Positions 49,001-62,399 of a stretch of 64,000 bases of DNA are shown one piece after another. This DNA comes from Azolla caroliniana. Its lineage: Eukaryota > Plantae > Polypodiophyta. Within the stretch, counting starts at the first letter, position 1, and every line of letters starts with the position of its first letter. The translations under genes and the position numbers were made by a program. Location: NCBI GenBank assembly GCA_043228905.1, contig JBHGNT010000022.1, forward strand, positions 4,278,001 through 4,342,000, given 5' to 3'. The notes beneath the pieces were generated by a model. That model was given only the letters and a program-made list of their open reading frames with translations. It searched no databases and was not told where the DNA came from.

Positions 49001-50406
49001 AATCTGGTTTAGATGCCGATACTAGCACCCTACCGTCGAAGGCGACCTTTCACATTACAAACGGTTTGCTCTACCGTAGTGGAAAGGTCTGTGTTCTAGA
49101 TTTACCAAATGTTAAACAGAAAAATTTTCATGAATGTCATGATGCACCATCTGCTGGTCATCCTGGAATACAACGCACACTCGTTCTCATCTCGTGTACT
49201 TTTTTCTGGCCTAAGATGCGCTCTGACGTGCATAAATACGTAACTCAATGCTTACAATGTCAGATTAATAAGTCAGAACGACTTAAAGCTGCTGGTCTTT
49301 TACATCCCTTAGATATTCCCAACAATAAATGGGAAAGTATCTCGATGGATTTTATTGTTAGTTTACCTCGTACACAGAGGGGTCATGATGCCATATGGGT
49401 TGTCGTTGACAGGCTAACAAAATTAGCTAGATTTATTCCTACAAAAACCACGGTAACCGCTCAACAGTTGGCTTATCAATTTGTTGATGAGTTATTTCGT
49501 TTTTATGGATTACCGATGGATATTGTTAGTGATCGAGATTCCAAGTTTACTAGTGACTTTTGGACGCAGGTCTTTAAGAAACTAGAAACTACGTTGAGCA
49601 TGAGTTCCGCAGATCATCCTCAGTCTGATGGACAAACTGAATGAGTTAATCAAATTATTGAGGACATGCTTCGAGCTTATGTAGCAAAAACCCCTTCTAA
49701 GTGGGAGCAATACCTTCCTATCTTAGAATTTGCCTATAATAGCTCTAAACATACATCCACTGGATATAGTCCTTTTATGTTGATGTATGGTTTTCAGCCA
49801 CGTGCCCTAGTTGATGTCACGATTCATCGTGATACATTAGACAGTACACGCAATTTTTTGCAAGACATGAACCAAATGTTGCATATTGCCAAAGAAAATG
49901 TTAAGACAGCTCAAGATCGTGCTCGATTTTATGCTGATCAGGATAGACGTCCTCGTGCATTTACTATTGGTCAAAAAGTTTTTTTGCGTGTCCCGACTGA
50001 TTCTACGTCATTATCTACGGGCAAGTGCGCTAAGTTAGCCCCACGATATTGTGGCCCATTTGAAATCCTTAAGCGAGTTGGGTCATCTGCTTATCACCTT
50101 GCCTTACCTCGTAACGTGGGTATTCATCCTGTTTTTCACGTCAGTCGTCTAAAACCATTTTTAGGCTCTGGTGATAACACCATCACAATCCAAGATCTTG
50201 TAACATTAGAGGATTTTTCTTACAAACCTCATGTTCCTGAACGAATTCTTGATTCTCGTACTAAACGTTTACGTTCTAAAGAGATTCGACTATTCAAGAT
50301 CAAATGGATGGATAAACCTATTGATGATGCCACATGGGAACGCGAGCATTCGCTTAAGGCACAATTTCCTCACTTTATATTGCAAGAGTGCAATCTTTTG
50401 AACTAG
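46003..50406 (+). CDS. Gag-Pol polyprotein (gag, CCHC, protease, RT, RNase H, integrase, chromodomain) with one internal TGA
   Basis: CAYCKKRGHTKDTC, FDSGSS, FLDD, ETDA, H..H..C..C, SMDF/SDRD/GQTE and KIKW..DATWE. TGA at 49642-44 replaces the conserved Arg of GQTERVN and the frame continues. Confidence 0.93.
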
Positions 50407-51336
50407 GGGAGTATGTTATGTACACATAACGTTGGTGAGGGTAGGTCACTAATATTTACATTAGTGAAGGGTATGTTCACTATTATTAAAAAGGGGACTA
50501 ATGATTGGATAGAATGAATGATATGTGCATGCACTATCATGATTTAGACAACCAATGAATAGAGAGCCTTTTAGAAAGGCACATCTATTCAAGGGGCCTA
50601 GGAAAAGGTATAAATATGAGGCTTAGCTACCCTCATAGAGAGCACGTCGGAAGGCTGCTGTCGTAGACACCGGTGGTGCGGGCTAGGCTTTCGTCTCGAC
50701 GATCGTGTTTATCTCTTCCAAGGTATTAGTCATCCTAATATCCGGCGGTATGGGACGTCGGTGGTAGGTTGGCTATGTCTAGATCATAGCTCGGGGGTGG
50801 TCGGGCGGAACGGGTTCTTCTATCCAATCTATTTTCTTCCTTTTTACTTGATTTGGTCTATTGATTAGTAATAGACTCTTAACAATGATTCTCTTCGACC
50901 AATAACATATATTGAAGATTGAAGGAGGGTGGATTCTCTTGTGCTAGTACGGTGGTCCGCATCGCGCCAAATCGTGGTGCAAGGCCGCCGAGGCATATTT
51001 GCACCATTTCGTCATCCTCCACATTGACGCTTATTGAGCCGAGTGCATCACAAAGCTCCTTGATCTTCAAGGTGTAGCTTGTGATGGACATATCCCTTTG
51101 TTGGATGTTGTTCAACTCTTGGCAAAGTTGAAGTTTCCTTGCGGTCGTGTTGGCGACGAAAATCTTTCGGAGATTTTCCCACACTTCCTTTGGCAACAAA
51201 AATCATTTGTAGATTTTCCACGCTTCCTTTGGTGTCTTTGCTTCTCGAATGTAACCGAGGATGTGGTGATGAACACATGTCGCCAAGCACTAGATTACTC
51301 GACTCGCCGCTTGCTCCCATGTTGCATAGTCAGCGT

Positions 51337-52300
51337 TGTCGTGAAGATCTGTCACTATGTGTGGATTGTGAGGCGGAACCGCCGGGGTTCTAGACCAGAA
51401 GGACTCGAAGTTTTTACTAGCTTTAGTGAGAAAGGATTTAAGTTAGATTGAAAGAGAGAGATGGAGATAAGATAGAATGCTTGATTGTAGATTGAGAGAG
51501 AGATTAAAGCTTGCTTAATAAAAAAATCCCCTTTTTCTTGATTCCTCCCTTCTTTTATAGATGCCCTCATGCATTTAAGGGTACAAGACATGCATAAAAT
51601 GCATGTTTTCCATTTGGCGCTCATGTATTACATGTGGTGCATGATAACCATGTCACTCATTTTAGCTCTCATGTATGAGAATTTACATGTAAAGTTACAA
51701 TGATAAAAATATAATTCTAAGAAAATGTGTTGGCTTAGTGGTAAGCATATTCACTCTCAGCTTGGAGGTACAAGGTTCAAATCCTTACTTTCCGTCCTTG
51801 TGTATATGTATAAATATTTATTTATTTATTTATCCATCTAGCCACCGATTGCTGGAAGCCGGATGTTGGTTGCCACCGGCTCCGTCGCAAGTCCGGTTTT
51901 GGTTGGCTAAAACCTTTGCAAATAGCCAAGCCACACCCATTAATCTAATAGCTTAGTTCAAGTCACCTTGAACTCTTTATGCTCCACACATAGACACAAA
52001 GATAATAACTTTTGCTCTAACTTAAATATGGTGAGATCCTTATATATCCTGTCTATGTGGGATATCTCACAATTTTATTTTTCTCTTTGTCTTTCCAAAC
52101 TTCCTACCCACATAAGTTGACACTTAGATGTCTGTTTCTTATGTAGTAGAGTGCATCCCAAAGCTCTTCAAGACCTCCATCTTTTTCTACTAAGATATTA
52201 AAAAAAATTAGTACCTTCACTATTATTGTTTTATATGAATCACACTCGATTTCGTACGTTCCATGCAATTTTCACACCGTTGCTGAAAATCTTCATGTCA
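51337..52300. mobile_element. 964-bp insertion in Copia C gag (solo LTR or MITE-like) containing a tRNA-like head
   Basis: Ends TGTCGTGAAGAT / ATCTTCATGTCA form an imperfect inverted repeat (TG..CA); flanks GCGT/TCGT. Removal restores gag PDPKDADYATWEQ. A box TGGCTTAGTGG at 51731, B box GGTTCAAATCC at 51774. Confidence 0.7.
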
Positions 52301-52679
52301 TCGTCTTTCGGGTCGGGCTGGTTTTCTTGTGCTCCTTTGATGTAGCTCCAATAGCCTTGTCCGACAAAGTATTGATGCATCTTATACTCCCAAGATGCGA
52401 AGTTATTTCGGTCCAACTTCTCTCTAGGGAGAGTGCTCCCCATTTGAGTATTCATGGTGTTCGATGTAGATTTCTTCCTTCTTCTTCTCTCTTGAATACA
52501 AGCTATGTAGTCGCACTATGATAGCGATGAGCTGGTTCTTCTTGAACGTCGACATAGAGCTCAATACACGCGGATGGGCGAGATCAAGCTACCAAACCGC
52601 TCTGATACCATGTAAAGAATCGATGGTGATTCTTGTGCAGCGGAATAGACTAAAGATATGAGTTGTGAGTGTGTGTGTG

Positions 52680-52728
<49 letters not shown>

Positions 52729-53029
52729 CAAGATAGATAGATTTGAACAACAATAGAATACTCAAGTCGATGTATATTACAACGGAGATTAACCGAACTA
52801 ATTACAAAGTAGGAGGAGAGTGCTTTATATAGTCACTCTCTCTCGTCATTAACTACCAAAGCTCATGGGTCATGGGGAATGTGAAAACTCATTAGTTATG
52901 TGTCATAGAATATGATTCTATGACACATAGTTAATGTGTAGATAAGAGTGGTGACTTTTGACCTTTGAGTGCACACTCTCAAGGGTGTGTTCACACACTA
53001 GACTAGGTTGGGCTTGATTCTCAACAATT

Positions 53030-53786
53030 ACAATTTTGGAAACGTATGATAAGCCCCGTTAGATCAAAGAAAAGCCAATGGGAGTTGCATCTGCAAAACT
53101 TTTGATTTCTAAGTCCTCAGTTCTGCCCTCAAATATCCTATTGCCCAATTTATTTGACCCAAGGCAGGAATAAGCTTGCCGAATCAATGTTTTCGTTGTT
53201 TTGGATTTGGACATTTGGCAAGAAATTGTCCAAAATTGACTAAAGATGCTGACAAGCATGTCCCTAACAAAACTATATTTCCATATCATGATAGATATGA
53301 TAGTTGGACTAAGGTGGGGTGTAGGAAGACATCTTCACAAGTATCTCATGACAAGACTCATCGTGTGTCAATTAATAATCTAAAGGAATTTCCTCCTTTA
53401 CAAAATAGGTATTCTACTCTCCATGTAGAACAAGATTGTTCACACGAGGTGAATGCTTTGGATCACTCATCATCCCACCTTCCTCAACAGAGACTCAATC
53501 CATAATCTTCCTTGCCTAAGTCCTTTCCGAGGTTGTTAGTAGGCCAGCCACCCTTCGAAATTGCTGAGAATCAACCATTGTTTGCATATGTTAATTTGGC
53601 TTCTTTTGAAAAATTAAAAGAAAAGGTTGTTTCCACTCAACATACAATGGATGTAGAAATACCTCAAAGTGAGATGGGAATTGAAGCAAAACAAGAGTTT
53701 GAAGTCTCTGTTAATTTGATTCCTATCGATAATCTCATAAGAAAACCTATTTCTGCTCAATCAAATAGATGGCCCGGAATTGAACT
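53030..53786 (+). pseudogene. L1-like ORF1 fragment with zinc knuckle
   Basis: PNQCFRCFGFGHLARNCPK followed by a low-complexity tail; no termini seen. Confidence 0.5.
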
Positions 53787-56667
53787 TGTGGTGTAAGGTT
53801 CGAGAAGGGAGACACGAAACACGGGGTGAAGATGCATGTGAGGAGGGAGGGCAAGACGAAATGCAACATCGCTTATCTTACCAGTGATCTTGTATGGGCC
53901 AATCCATTGGTAATCTAATTTACCACAAGGCCTAGTGGTCTTGATGTTCTGTTGTAGAAGTTATACACGATCCCTGACATGAAACGTTTCTGAAGAGTCT
54001 AGGCGATGACGGTCCGCAATCCTCTTGTATGTACTTTGAGCATCACGCAAATTGTGGAGAATGGTAGCGTGAATGTCTTGGAGACAACTGAGACGATCCG
54101 TAGCAGCAGGGTTGATAGGAACTCCGGGGTGTTCAGTCATCGTCCAACGAGGATGAGAACCCGTATTTGCGAAAAATGGAGAATATCCTGTAGACGAATA
54201 GACTGAGTTGTTATAAGCAAATTCAGCCAAGTGCAGAAGATCAATCCAATCATCTTGTTGATAGTTGATGAAACAACGAAGATATTGCTCCAAAGTTTGG
54301 GTGGTACGCTCGGTTTGGCCATTAGTCTTTGGATGATAGCCCGAAGAAAGCTTAGCCGAAACTCAGAGAAGTTTTAACATGTGCTTCTAGAACTTTGAGA
54401 TGAATTGTGGAACTCAATCACTAATAATATTGTCTGGGAGACCATGATGCTTGAATACCTCCCGCATAACTAGATCGATTGTCTCTTGACTAGCAAAAAA
54501 TGTGCCATTTTGGTAAGTCGATCGCCCACGGTCAGAATGGTATCAAAACTCCTCGAAACTGGGAGATCGGTAATGAAATCCAAGGATATAGACTTCCAAG
54601 GATTTTCAGGAATTGGATGGGGTTGTAGTAACCCATATGATCCATGTCGAGGAATCTCTGATTGACAACATGTATCACAACTTCGGACATACTCCTCCAC
54701 AAAATGACGATTCGGAAGTCAAGGCCACCAATATCGCCGAGAAACTAATTCTAGAGTTTTGGTGACACCAAAATGTCCAACCATTGGTGTGTCATGACAA
54801 TGTTGTAAGACTTGCAAGTGTGGGGGCCCATCAGAAATAGAAAACCACCATGCCAATAGAACTGCCTATAGTCAATACGAGGGTTTTGCAACTTCGAGCA
54901 AGAAGCACAATCCGGCATGATATGATCCAAAACATCTTTTGTGAACAGATCAGTAGCCATAAGATCTCGAATAGAATCAAGAAGAGTGGAATCCTTGGGT
55001 GTGGTTATGGAATTAACTTCCATTAATCGTAGGCGATTTGGACCCAAAAAGATTTTTTTTGATGCTCAAAAGCTGGTGCTCCTGGATGAAGTTCCATATA
55101 AGAGCGTCGAGAAAGAGCATCCGCTTTTCCTTGTTGCATCCCTGGGCGATATATGATTACAAAGTCAAAGTGAGTAAAAAATTGCACCCAACGAGCTTGT
55201 TGCCGACTTAAGACTCGAGCATTTTGGAAATATGTTAGGTTCTTGTGATCATTGTAGACAATGATCTGCTGAGAAGAACCTTCCAGAAAATGCCGCCATT
55301 GTTGAAAAGAACCCAAAATTGCTAGGAGGTCTTTGTCATGGATCTTGTAGTTAATCTCTGCATCTTCGAATTTTCAGGAATGAAAAGCAATAGGATGTAG
55401 CCACCCGTCATCTCCAGTTTGCGATAGAACACTTCCTAATGCAAAGTTGGATGCATCATCTTCAAGGATGACACGTTTCTTGGGATCAACATGAGCCAAA
55501 ATAGGCGCTGTTGTAAATGCTCGTTATAAACTTTCGAAAGCCTCAATCGCCTCTGAATTCCATATGAATGGTTGATTTTTGTGTGTGAGTCGGGTGAGCG
55601 AAAGCACAACCTTGGAATAATTTTTAATGAATTTTCGATAAAAATTTGCAAACCCGAGAAAACATTGTAGTTCACGCACTAAAAGGGGTGTTTGCCAATC
55701 TAAAATTGTTTGAATCTTCATTGGGTCCATAGAGATACCAGTTGATGATACAACATAACCCAAAAACTCCACTTGATTCTGGCTGAAACTGCACTTTTCT
55801 AATTTTGCGTAGAGACCATATTCTCGTAGTCGACATAACACCTAACGAACATATTTATCATGCTTCTGTTCAGTCGTCGAGTAGATCAAAATGTCGTTTA
55901 GGTAAACTATAGTGAAGATATCGAGAAAATCTCGAAAAATATCATTCGCCATATGTTGGAACACTGTAGGTGCATTTGTGAGACTGAATGGCATCACGGT
56001 ATACTCGAAATGTTCATAACAAGTGCGAAAAGCAGTTTCCCTTCATCCCCTAGACGAATCCGAACTAGATTGTATGCACCGCGAAGGTCCAATTTTGTGA
56101 AATATTTTGCTCCATTGAGACGTTCCAAAAGGTTCGAGATCAATGGTAGAGCATATCTATTATGGATAGTCACTTTGTTCAACCCTCGATAATCCACGAC
56201 CAACCGAAGAGACCCGTTTTTCATCTTCACGAAGAACATAGGTGCACCAGTAGGGGATCTAGAATGCCGGATGAATCCGTTGACCAGATTCTCATCGATA
56301 TATTCCCGCAAAGTCTCTAGCTCTACAGGTGAGAGATTATAAATTGGCCCCCATGGTGGTTCTTTCTCTGGTTGTAAGTCAATAGGGCAGTCGTATGGCC
56401 TATGCTCTAGCAGTGTATTTGCCTTCACCTTATCAAAGACGTCTACAAACTCTTTATATATTTTTGGTAATTGGACGTTTGGCTCTAGTAAGATGGGTGA
56501 TGGGCTTGATGGAGTTGCTACAATTGCAAATAAGAACATGTCCTCGTTCCCCCCTTCCTCATGTAACTGATGGAAAGAGATGGTTGATAACTTATGGGAT
56601 CTAGTATCAAATATTGGAGTGTTGAGGGATGCGAGTGTAGTTCTTTTTTCTTGGGAATCCTCAATTG

Positions 56668-59600
56668 TGACAGGAACTACGCGCTCCTGATGAACAACGC
56701 TCGGCCACAACCAAGCTTAGAATCAAACACAGAAAAATGGGAATGAATGCACGACACAATGGAGAGAAGAGTACACAGGATGTTAACGTGGAAAACCCAA
56801 ACTAGGGAAAAAACCACGGCAGCCCACAGACTGCAAACTATCACTATGTAACAATAATTACAACAGTGAATACATGGAGGCAACGACCTCGTGCTCACGA
56901 TCTTCGCCACAGGCGGCGGTTACAATAGAGGCAATGACCTCTTCGTTTCTTTCTCTCTCTCTCTGTACACTGTTGCGCTCTAATCTTGCGCCTACAAGAA
57001 TGACAACATTTCTTTTTACACTAAGTTTTCCCTAAGTCATATTTATAGTAAAATGAATTTTGGGCTATTTACAAATATAGCCCTGATGGACTCTCAGAAA
57101 CATATTTACGAATATGTCCCTTCATCCGGTGAGCACTCCTCACCGGGCCTACATCATCCGGCGCTTGCCGGCCACTCATCATCCAGTTCTCACCGGGTCT
57201 TCCGTTTCCAGGTACTCTTCATCCGGTTCTCTTCAGCATCCGTATTTTGGCTTGGTCCCGTCCGACGATCAACATGTCGTCCACGTACAGAAGGAGTATC
57301 AGGAAGTCGCCTTCTTCGAACTTCTTCACAAACACACAGTGATCGGCATGCGTCTTGTGGTACCCTTGATCGGTCATGAAGGAGTCAAACTTCCAGTACC
57401 ATTGTCGGGGAGTCTGCTTCAGTCCATACAGGCTCTTCTTCAACCGGCAAACCAGTTGCTCCTTCCCTTTCTCCACGAATCCTTCCGGTTGCTGCATGTA
57501 GATCTCCTCTTCGAGGTCACCGGGAAGGAATGTCGTCTTCACGTCCAGCTGCTCTACCTCGAGGTCCATGCTTGCTGCTATACTCAACACCGTCCGGATG
57601 GAGGTCATCTTTAATACTGGTGCAAATATCTCGTCGAAGTCCACACCCTTCTTCTGTTGGAACCCCTTCACCACGATCCTAGCTTTATATCTCGGGGGGT
57701 TTCCGGCATCTCCCGGTTTCAACTTGTACACCCACTTATTGCGGAGTGCCCGCTTTCCTTTCGGCAACTCCACCAATTCGTACGTATGGTTCTCATGCAG
57801 GGAATCCATCTCATCCTGCATGGCACTTAACCATTTGCGGTTGTGGGTGTCATCCTTCGCTTCTTCGAAGCTTTCTGGCTCCCCCTCATCGGTTAGCAGC
57901 ACATGCTCTGCATCCGGAAATCTCCGGGGGGCCCTTCTCTCTCTGAAAGGATATCTCCGTCTCGGGGCTTCGGTAACCGGCTCCTCCATTTGCTCTTCAT
58001 CCGAATCCGATTCAAGGTCTTGGCCGGTTCCAGTTTCAGCTTCCTCTACTTCTGCTTCTGCCGGTTCGATATCCTCACCGTAACCGGCTGGTTCCTCGAA
58101 TGCTAACTGGTCTCCTTTCAGTTGGGTCTACTCATCGTAGAATCGATCCTTACCGGTCGACTCGGAGTTCATTATCTTCTTCTCTGATTCCCAGTCGGCG
58201 AGCGTCTTGTCCTCCATGAAGATAATATCTCGACTCCGGAATACCTTCTTGTCGACCAGGTCCCACACTCGGTAGCCGAACTCATCGTCGCTATAACCGA
58301 GGAATATGCATGGCCGGGTCTTCGGATCTAGTTTTCCTCTCCAGTCCTTAGCTACATGCACATACGCAAGACACCCGAATACCTTCAGATGCCAGTAGGA
58401 CACTTACCGTTCCAGAATCTCTGTGGCGTGTCTCCGTCCAAGGGTACTGAGGGTGATATGTTTATCACATATATTTCCGTCGACAATGCCTTAGCCCAAA
58501 ACTTCTTGGCTAGTTTTTCCTGCGCCAGCATGCTCCGGACCCTCTCCATTATGGTCCGTTTCATCCTCTCGGCCAACCCGTTTAGTTCCGGCATCTTCGG
58601 CACGGTAAATTCGAGCCGGATTCCCTTCGAGCGACAGTACTCCTCAAACTGCCCCCGGTATTCACCTTTGTTATCTACTCAAACCACCTTCAGCTTCCTG
58701 CCGGTTTCTCTTTCCACTCTCGCGTGGAGCTCTTTGAAGACGGATAGCACCTGATCCTTCGTCTTCAACGGTGTGGCCCACAGCTTCCGGATGTGGTCAT
58801 CTATGAATGTCACGAAGTACTGCGATCCGGCATGTGACTTCGTGTCCACCTGACATACATCAGTATCCACCAACTCCAGTGGTGCATTATGTCTCATCGG
58901 TGGCCTCGATCGGAAGGAGGTCCGGTTTTGTTTACCGGCCAGACAGTAAGTGCACTTCTCCAAGTGCACGTTCTTCACTGGAATGAGGTTGTCGTCTGCA
59001 AGCCTCTTCATCCCCTTCTCGCTCATGTGACACAGCCTCCTGTGCCACAGCTCACCGACAGTGTCGGATGCTACGTTCACTTCTTCCGGGCATAACCGGG
59101 CCTTCATCAGGTACAACGTGTTTACCTTCCAGGCCCGAGCCACAATCAGGCTCCCTTTGCTGAACTTCATAACACCGTTCCGGATGCTACCTGTGTAGCC
59201 TTCATCATCTAGCCGACCGGTTGATATCAGGTTCAGACGAACCTCCGGAACCTGTCAGACATCCTTCAGTAGTAGCTTGCATCCGGTTGGTGTTGTCAAC
59301 CACACGTCTCCTATGCTGACAATTCGGCATGTACCTTCATTCCCCATCCGGACACAGCCGTGATCACCGGAATATTTCTAGTCCGGGGTAAGGTGGAACG
59401 ACGCTTCGGAGGCAACCACCCAGGTCATCTCGTCGCCAGCAAGGTTTAGCTCACTCTCCTCGGGGATGAGCATCAACTCTTCTTCACTTGCTGTGATTGT
59501 CGTCGCTCCCTTCCGGTCCAGCACCCTCCGTCTTTACCGTTCCGGTCCGGTGTCCGCTTCGAATCGGTACCGTCGGTTTCCTTGTCTTTTTGGAAATGTC

Positions 59601-61128
59601 GACAGTTCTTCTGGAAGTGTGCCGGCTTGCCGCAATAGAAGCAAGTAGGCCTCCCCCTTGACTTTGACCGTGTCCCCGACTTTTCCCGGTTCTAGGGGCT
59701 ACGGTTCCTTTGTCTTCCACGTTTCAATTCGGTAAGGAGCACTTTCGAGTCGGAGATCGTATCCTTATCTTTCCAACGCGCCTCCTCATCTAACAAGCTC
59801 GACTTCACTCTTGCTAGGGATAACCGTTTCCCTTCCGGCCCGGTGTTGCCCAAAGTGACAACCAACGTCTCTCAGCTATCCAGGAGGGAACCGAGCAGGA
59901 GTAGCGTTAGTACCTCATCGGCAAGAGGTACTTCCAATGATGTTTCCTGGTATATCAGCCCCTGGAAGGCATTCATGTGCTCCGCCATGCTGGAGCCATC
60001 TTGGTACCGGAGTCTTACTAGCTTCCGGAATACCGAAACCTAGTTAACAGTATTTTTGTTCTGAAACATAATGCCGATCTTCTCCCAGAGCTCATGAGCC
60101 TTGCTCTCTTCATTGAAGTTGTTGTATAGGCTCATGTCGATGAAGCACCGTATGTACGCCGTTGTCTTCATGTGCATCACCTTCCATATCGTGGCATCGA
60201 TTTTGTCCGGTCACTTGTCCCCGAACTGAACCGGAAACCAAAGATCTTTGACCACGAGCATGTCCCTCATCTTCGACTTCCACACGGAATAGTTGGAGCC
60301 GGTGAGCTTGAACATGCCTCCCAACGAATCGTCCATTTTCTGTGTCGTTTCGCTCTGATACCAGTTTGACAAGAACTACGCGCTCCTGATGAACAACTCT
60401 TGGCCACAACCAAGCTTAGAATCAAACACAGAAAAATGGGAATGAATGCACGACACAATGAAGAGAAGAGTACACAGGATGTTAACGTGGAAAACCCAAA
60501 CTAGGGAAAAAACCACAGCAGCCCACAGACTGCAAACTATCACTATGTAACAATAATTACAACAGTGAGCTCATGGAGGCAACGACCTCGTGCTCACGAT
60601 CTTCGCCACAGGCGGCGGTTACAACAAGGGCAACGACCTCTTCGTTTCTTTCTCTCTCTCTCTGTACACTGTTGCGCTCTAATCTTGCGCCTACAAGAAT
60701 GACAACATTTCATTTTACACTAAGTTTGCCCTAAGTCATATTTATACTAAAATGACTTTTCGGCTATTTACAAATATAGCCCTGATGGACTCTCAGAAAC
60801 ATATTTACGAATATGTCCCTTCATCCGGTGAGCACTCCTCATCGGGCCTGCATCATCCGGCGCTTGCCGGGCACTCGTCATCCGGTTCTCACCGGGTCTT
60901 CCGTTTCCAGGTACTGCTCATCCGGTTCTCACCGGGTCTTCCGTTTCCGGGTACTCCTCATCCGGTTCTAACCGGGTCTTCCGTTTTCGAGTACTCCTCA
61001 TCCGGTTCTCACCGGGTCTTCCGTTGTCGGGTTCTCCTCATCCGGTTCTTACCGGGTCTTCTGTTGCTAGGTACTTCTCATCCGGTTCTCACCGGGTCTT
61101 CCCATCCGGAGGGACCTGTTTCCTAACA
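56668..61128 (-). mobile_element. Copia D (Tnt1/Tork-like), RNase H and part of the 3' LTR deleted
   Basis: TSD AATTG (56663-67, 61129-33); 5' LTR 60367-61128; PBS 60352-63; gag, integrase and RT (LYVDD) fragments. The 3' LTR 56668-~57230 is fused to RT. Confidence 0.9.
60860..61105. repeat. 40-bp tandem repeat (~6 copies) in the U3 of the Copia D LTR
   Basis: TCATCCGGTTCTCACCGGGTCTTCCG recurs at 40-bp period from 60878. Confidence 0.9.
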
Positions 61129-62399
61129 AATTGTTCTTTTCATCCAATCAATCTTCGGGTTATGTAGTTCAAACCAAGGGAGACCTAGAACTAATGGGTG
61201 TTCTGAACTACGAATAATATTGAAAGAGATTATGCTTGCCAAATCACCAAGAACTACACGAATTGGCTCGGGACTCTTCGACTATATCACCTAATGCTAT
61301 GGGACGACTATCGATGACTTCTACGAATTCTAGGTTCGGGAGGTTATTCAAGAGGATGTTTTGTGTCAATGCAAACTCACGATCCATGAAACAAGAGTTG
61401 GCTCCAGAATGTAAGAGGGCAGAGGCTAGGACTCAATGACATGTAGATGTGCTAAGCTCAACTTGTGCAGAAAAAACTTGACTAACTTGATTTGATGAAA
61501 TGGAACCACGACTAGGAACTAACTCTACATATCTAGGATTGTCCAACCAAATGGCTCATATTTTGGCCAGACTTACTTGTTTAACACATCCTCTAATTGG
61601 CTCAAGACATCGAATCTATTCTCATGGCATGGACTTCTAGGCTTACTTATGTTATTAGAAGTAATAATGGAGCTTGAAATAGGGTTGTCTTGTGCACTTA
61701 CTTGGTATACCTAACGTCTAGGTTTATGCGGACAATTCATGGCTATATGTCCTGGACCCCCACAATATATACATAAGCGGTGTGCTCGACGTTCTTGCTT
61801 CTCAGCATCTGATAAGGGCCCCCGACGTTGTGTTGACTCTATTTTCATTGGAGTTGGGCCATCCCTCATGATGGGTCTAGAAACTTGTGGAGGCGTTGCG
61901 ACTATAGAAGCGTACGTTTGTTCCAGTTGATGACGTAACATTTGTTGGCGCTCCGAGCGTCGCTCAAATAGGTGATTATCACATTGCACAGCTCAACTAA
62001 TTGTAAGAGATTTCGGATCTTCATGAAAGGTAAGAAGAAGATCTTTGACATCATTACGCAAACCTTGACAGAATTGATCCATTAGAGCCTCCTCATCCCA
62101 AGGGATATCCCATGCCAAGAGACGGAAATCGCCTGCGTAAGTTGACGCGGAATGATCTCCTTGTCAGAGCCTTCGAATCTTGTTTATTGCCATCCTAGTG
62201 CTGTCGGTATCTCCGAAGCTAGCTTGAAACTCCTTAACCAACGCCTCAAAATCCTCCAACAATGGTGATTTCTTCTCAAGGAGTGGTGCAAACCATCCTA
62301 GTGTTGTACTGCTTAGCAAGGTTCCTACTAATCCCACACGAGCAGCTTCCATTGGGTAACGATTGGGATGTAACTGAATAACCAAACGTACTTGATTCA

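Larger units (their letters stand above)
43778..50884 (+). mobile_element. Full-length Ty3/Gypsy chromovirus
   Basis: 471-bp LTRs 43778-44248 and 50414-50884 with ~5 differences by eye. TSD ATGAT; PBS TGGTATCAGAGC 44250-61; PPT AGGGGAGTA. Confidence 0.97.
42255..53026 (-). mobile_element. Copia LTR retrotransposon C (same family as A), internally deleted, with three nested inserts
   Basis: 5' LTR 52611-53026 with a (GA)n tract; PBS 52599-52610. gag MNTQMGSTLPREKLD at 52455, continuing at 51336-50890 and 43772-43230. Pre-integrase is fused directly to an RT fragment near 42358. Confidence 0.8.

Noticed and set aside
51731-51790. Functional tRNA gene
   Set aside because: A and B boxes are present but no convincing acceptor or anticodon stems; it lies inside a TE insert.
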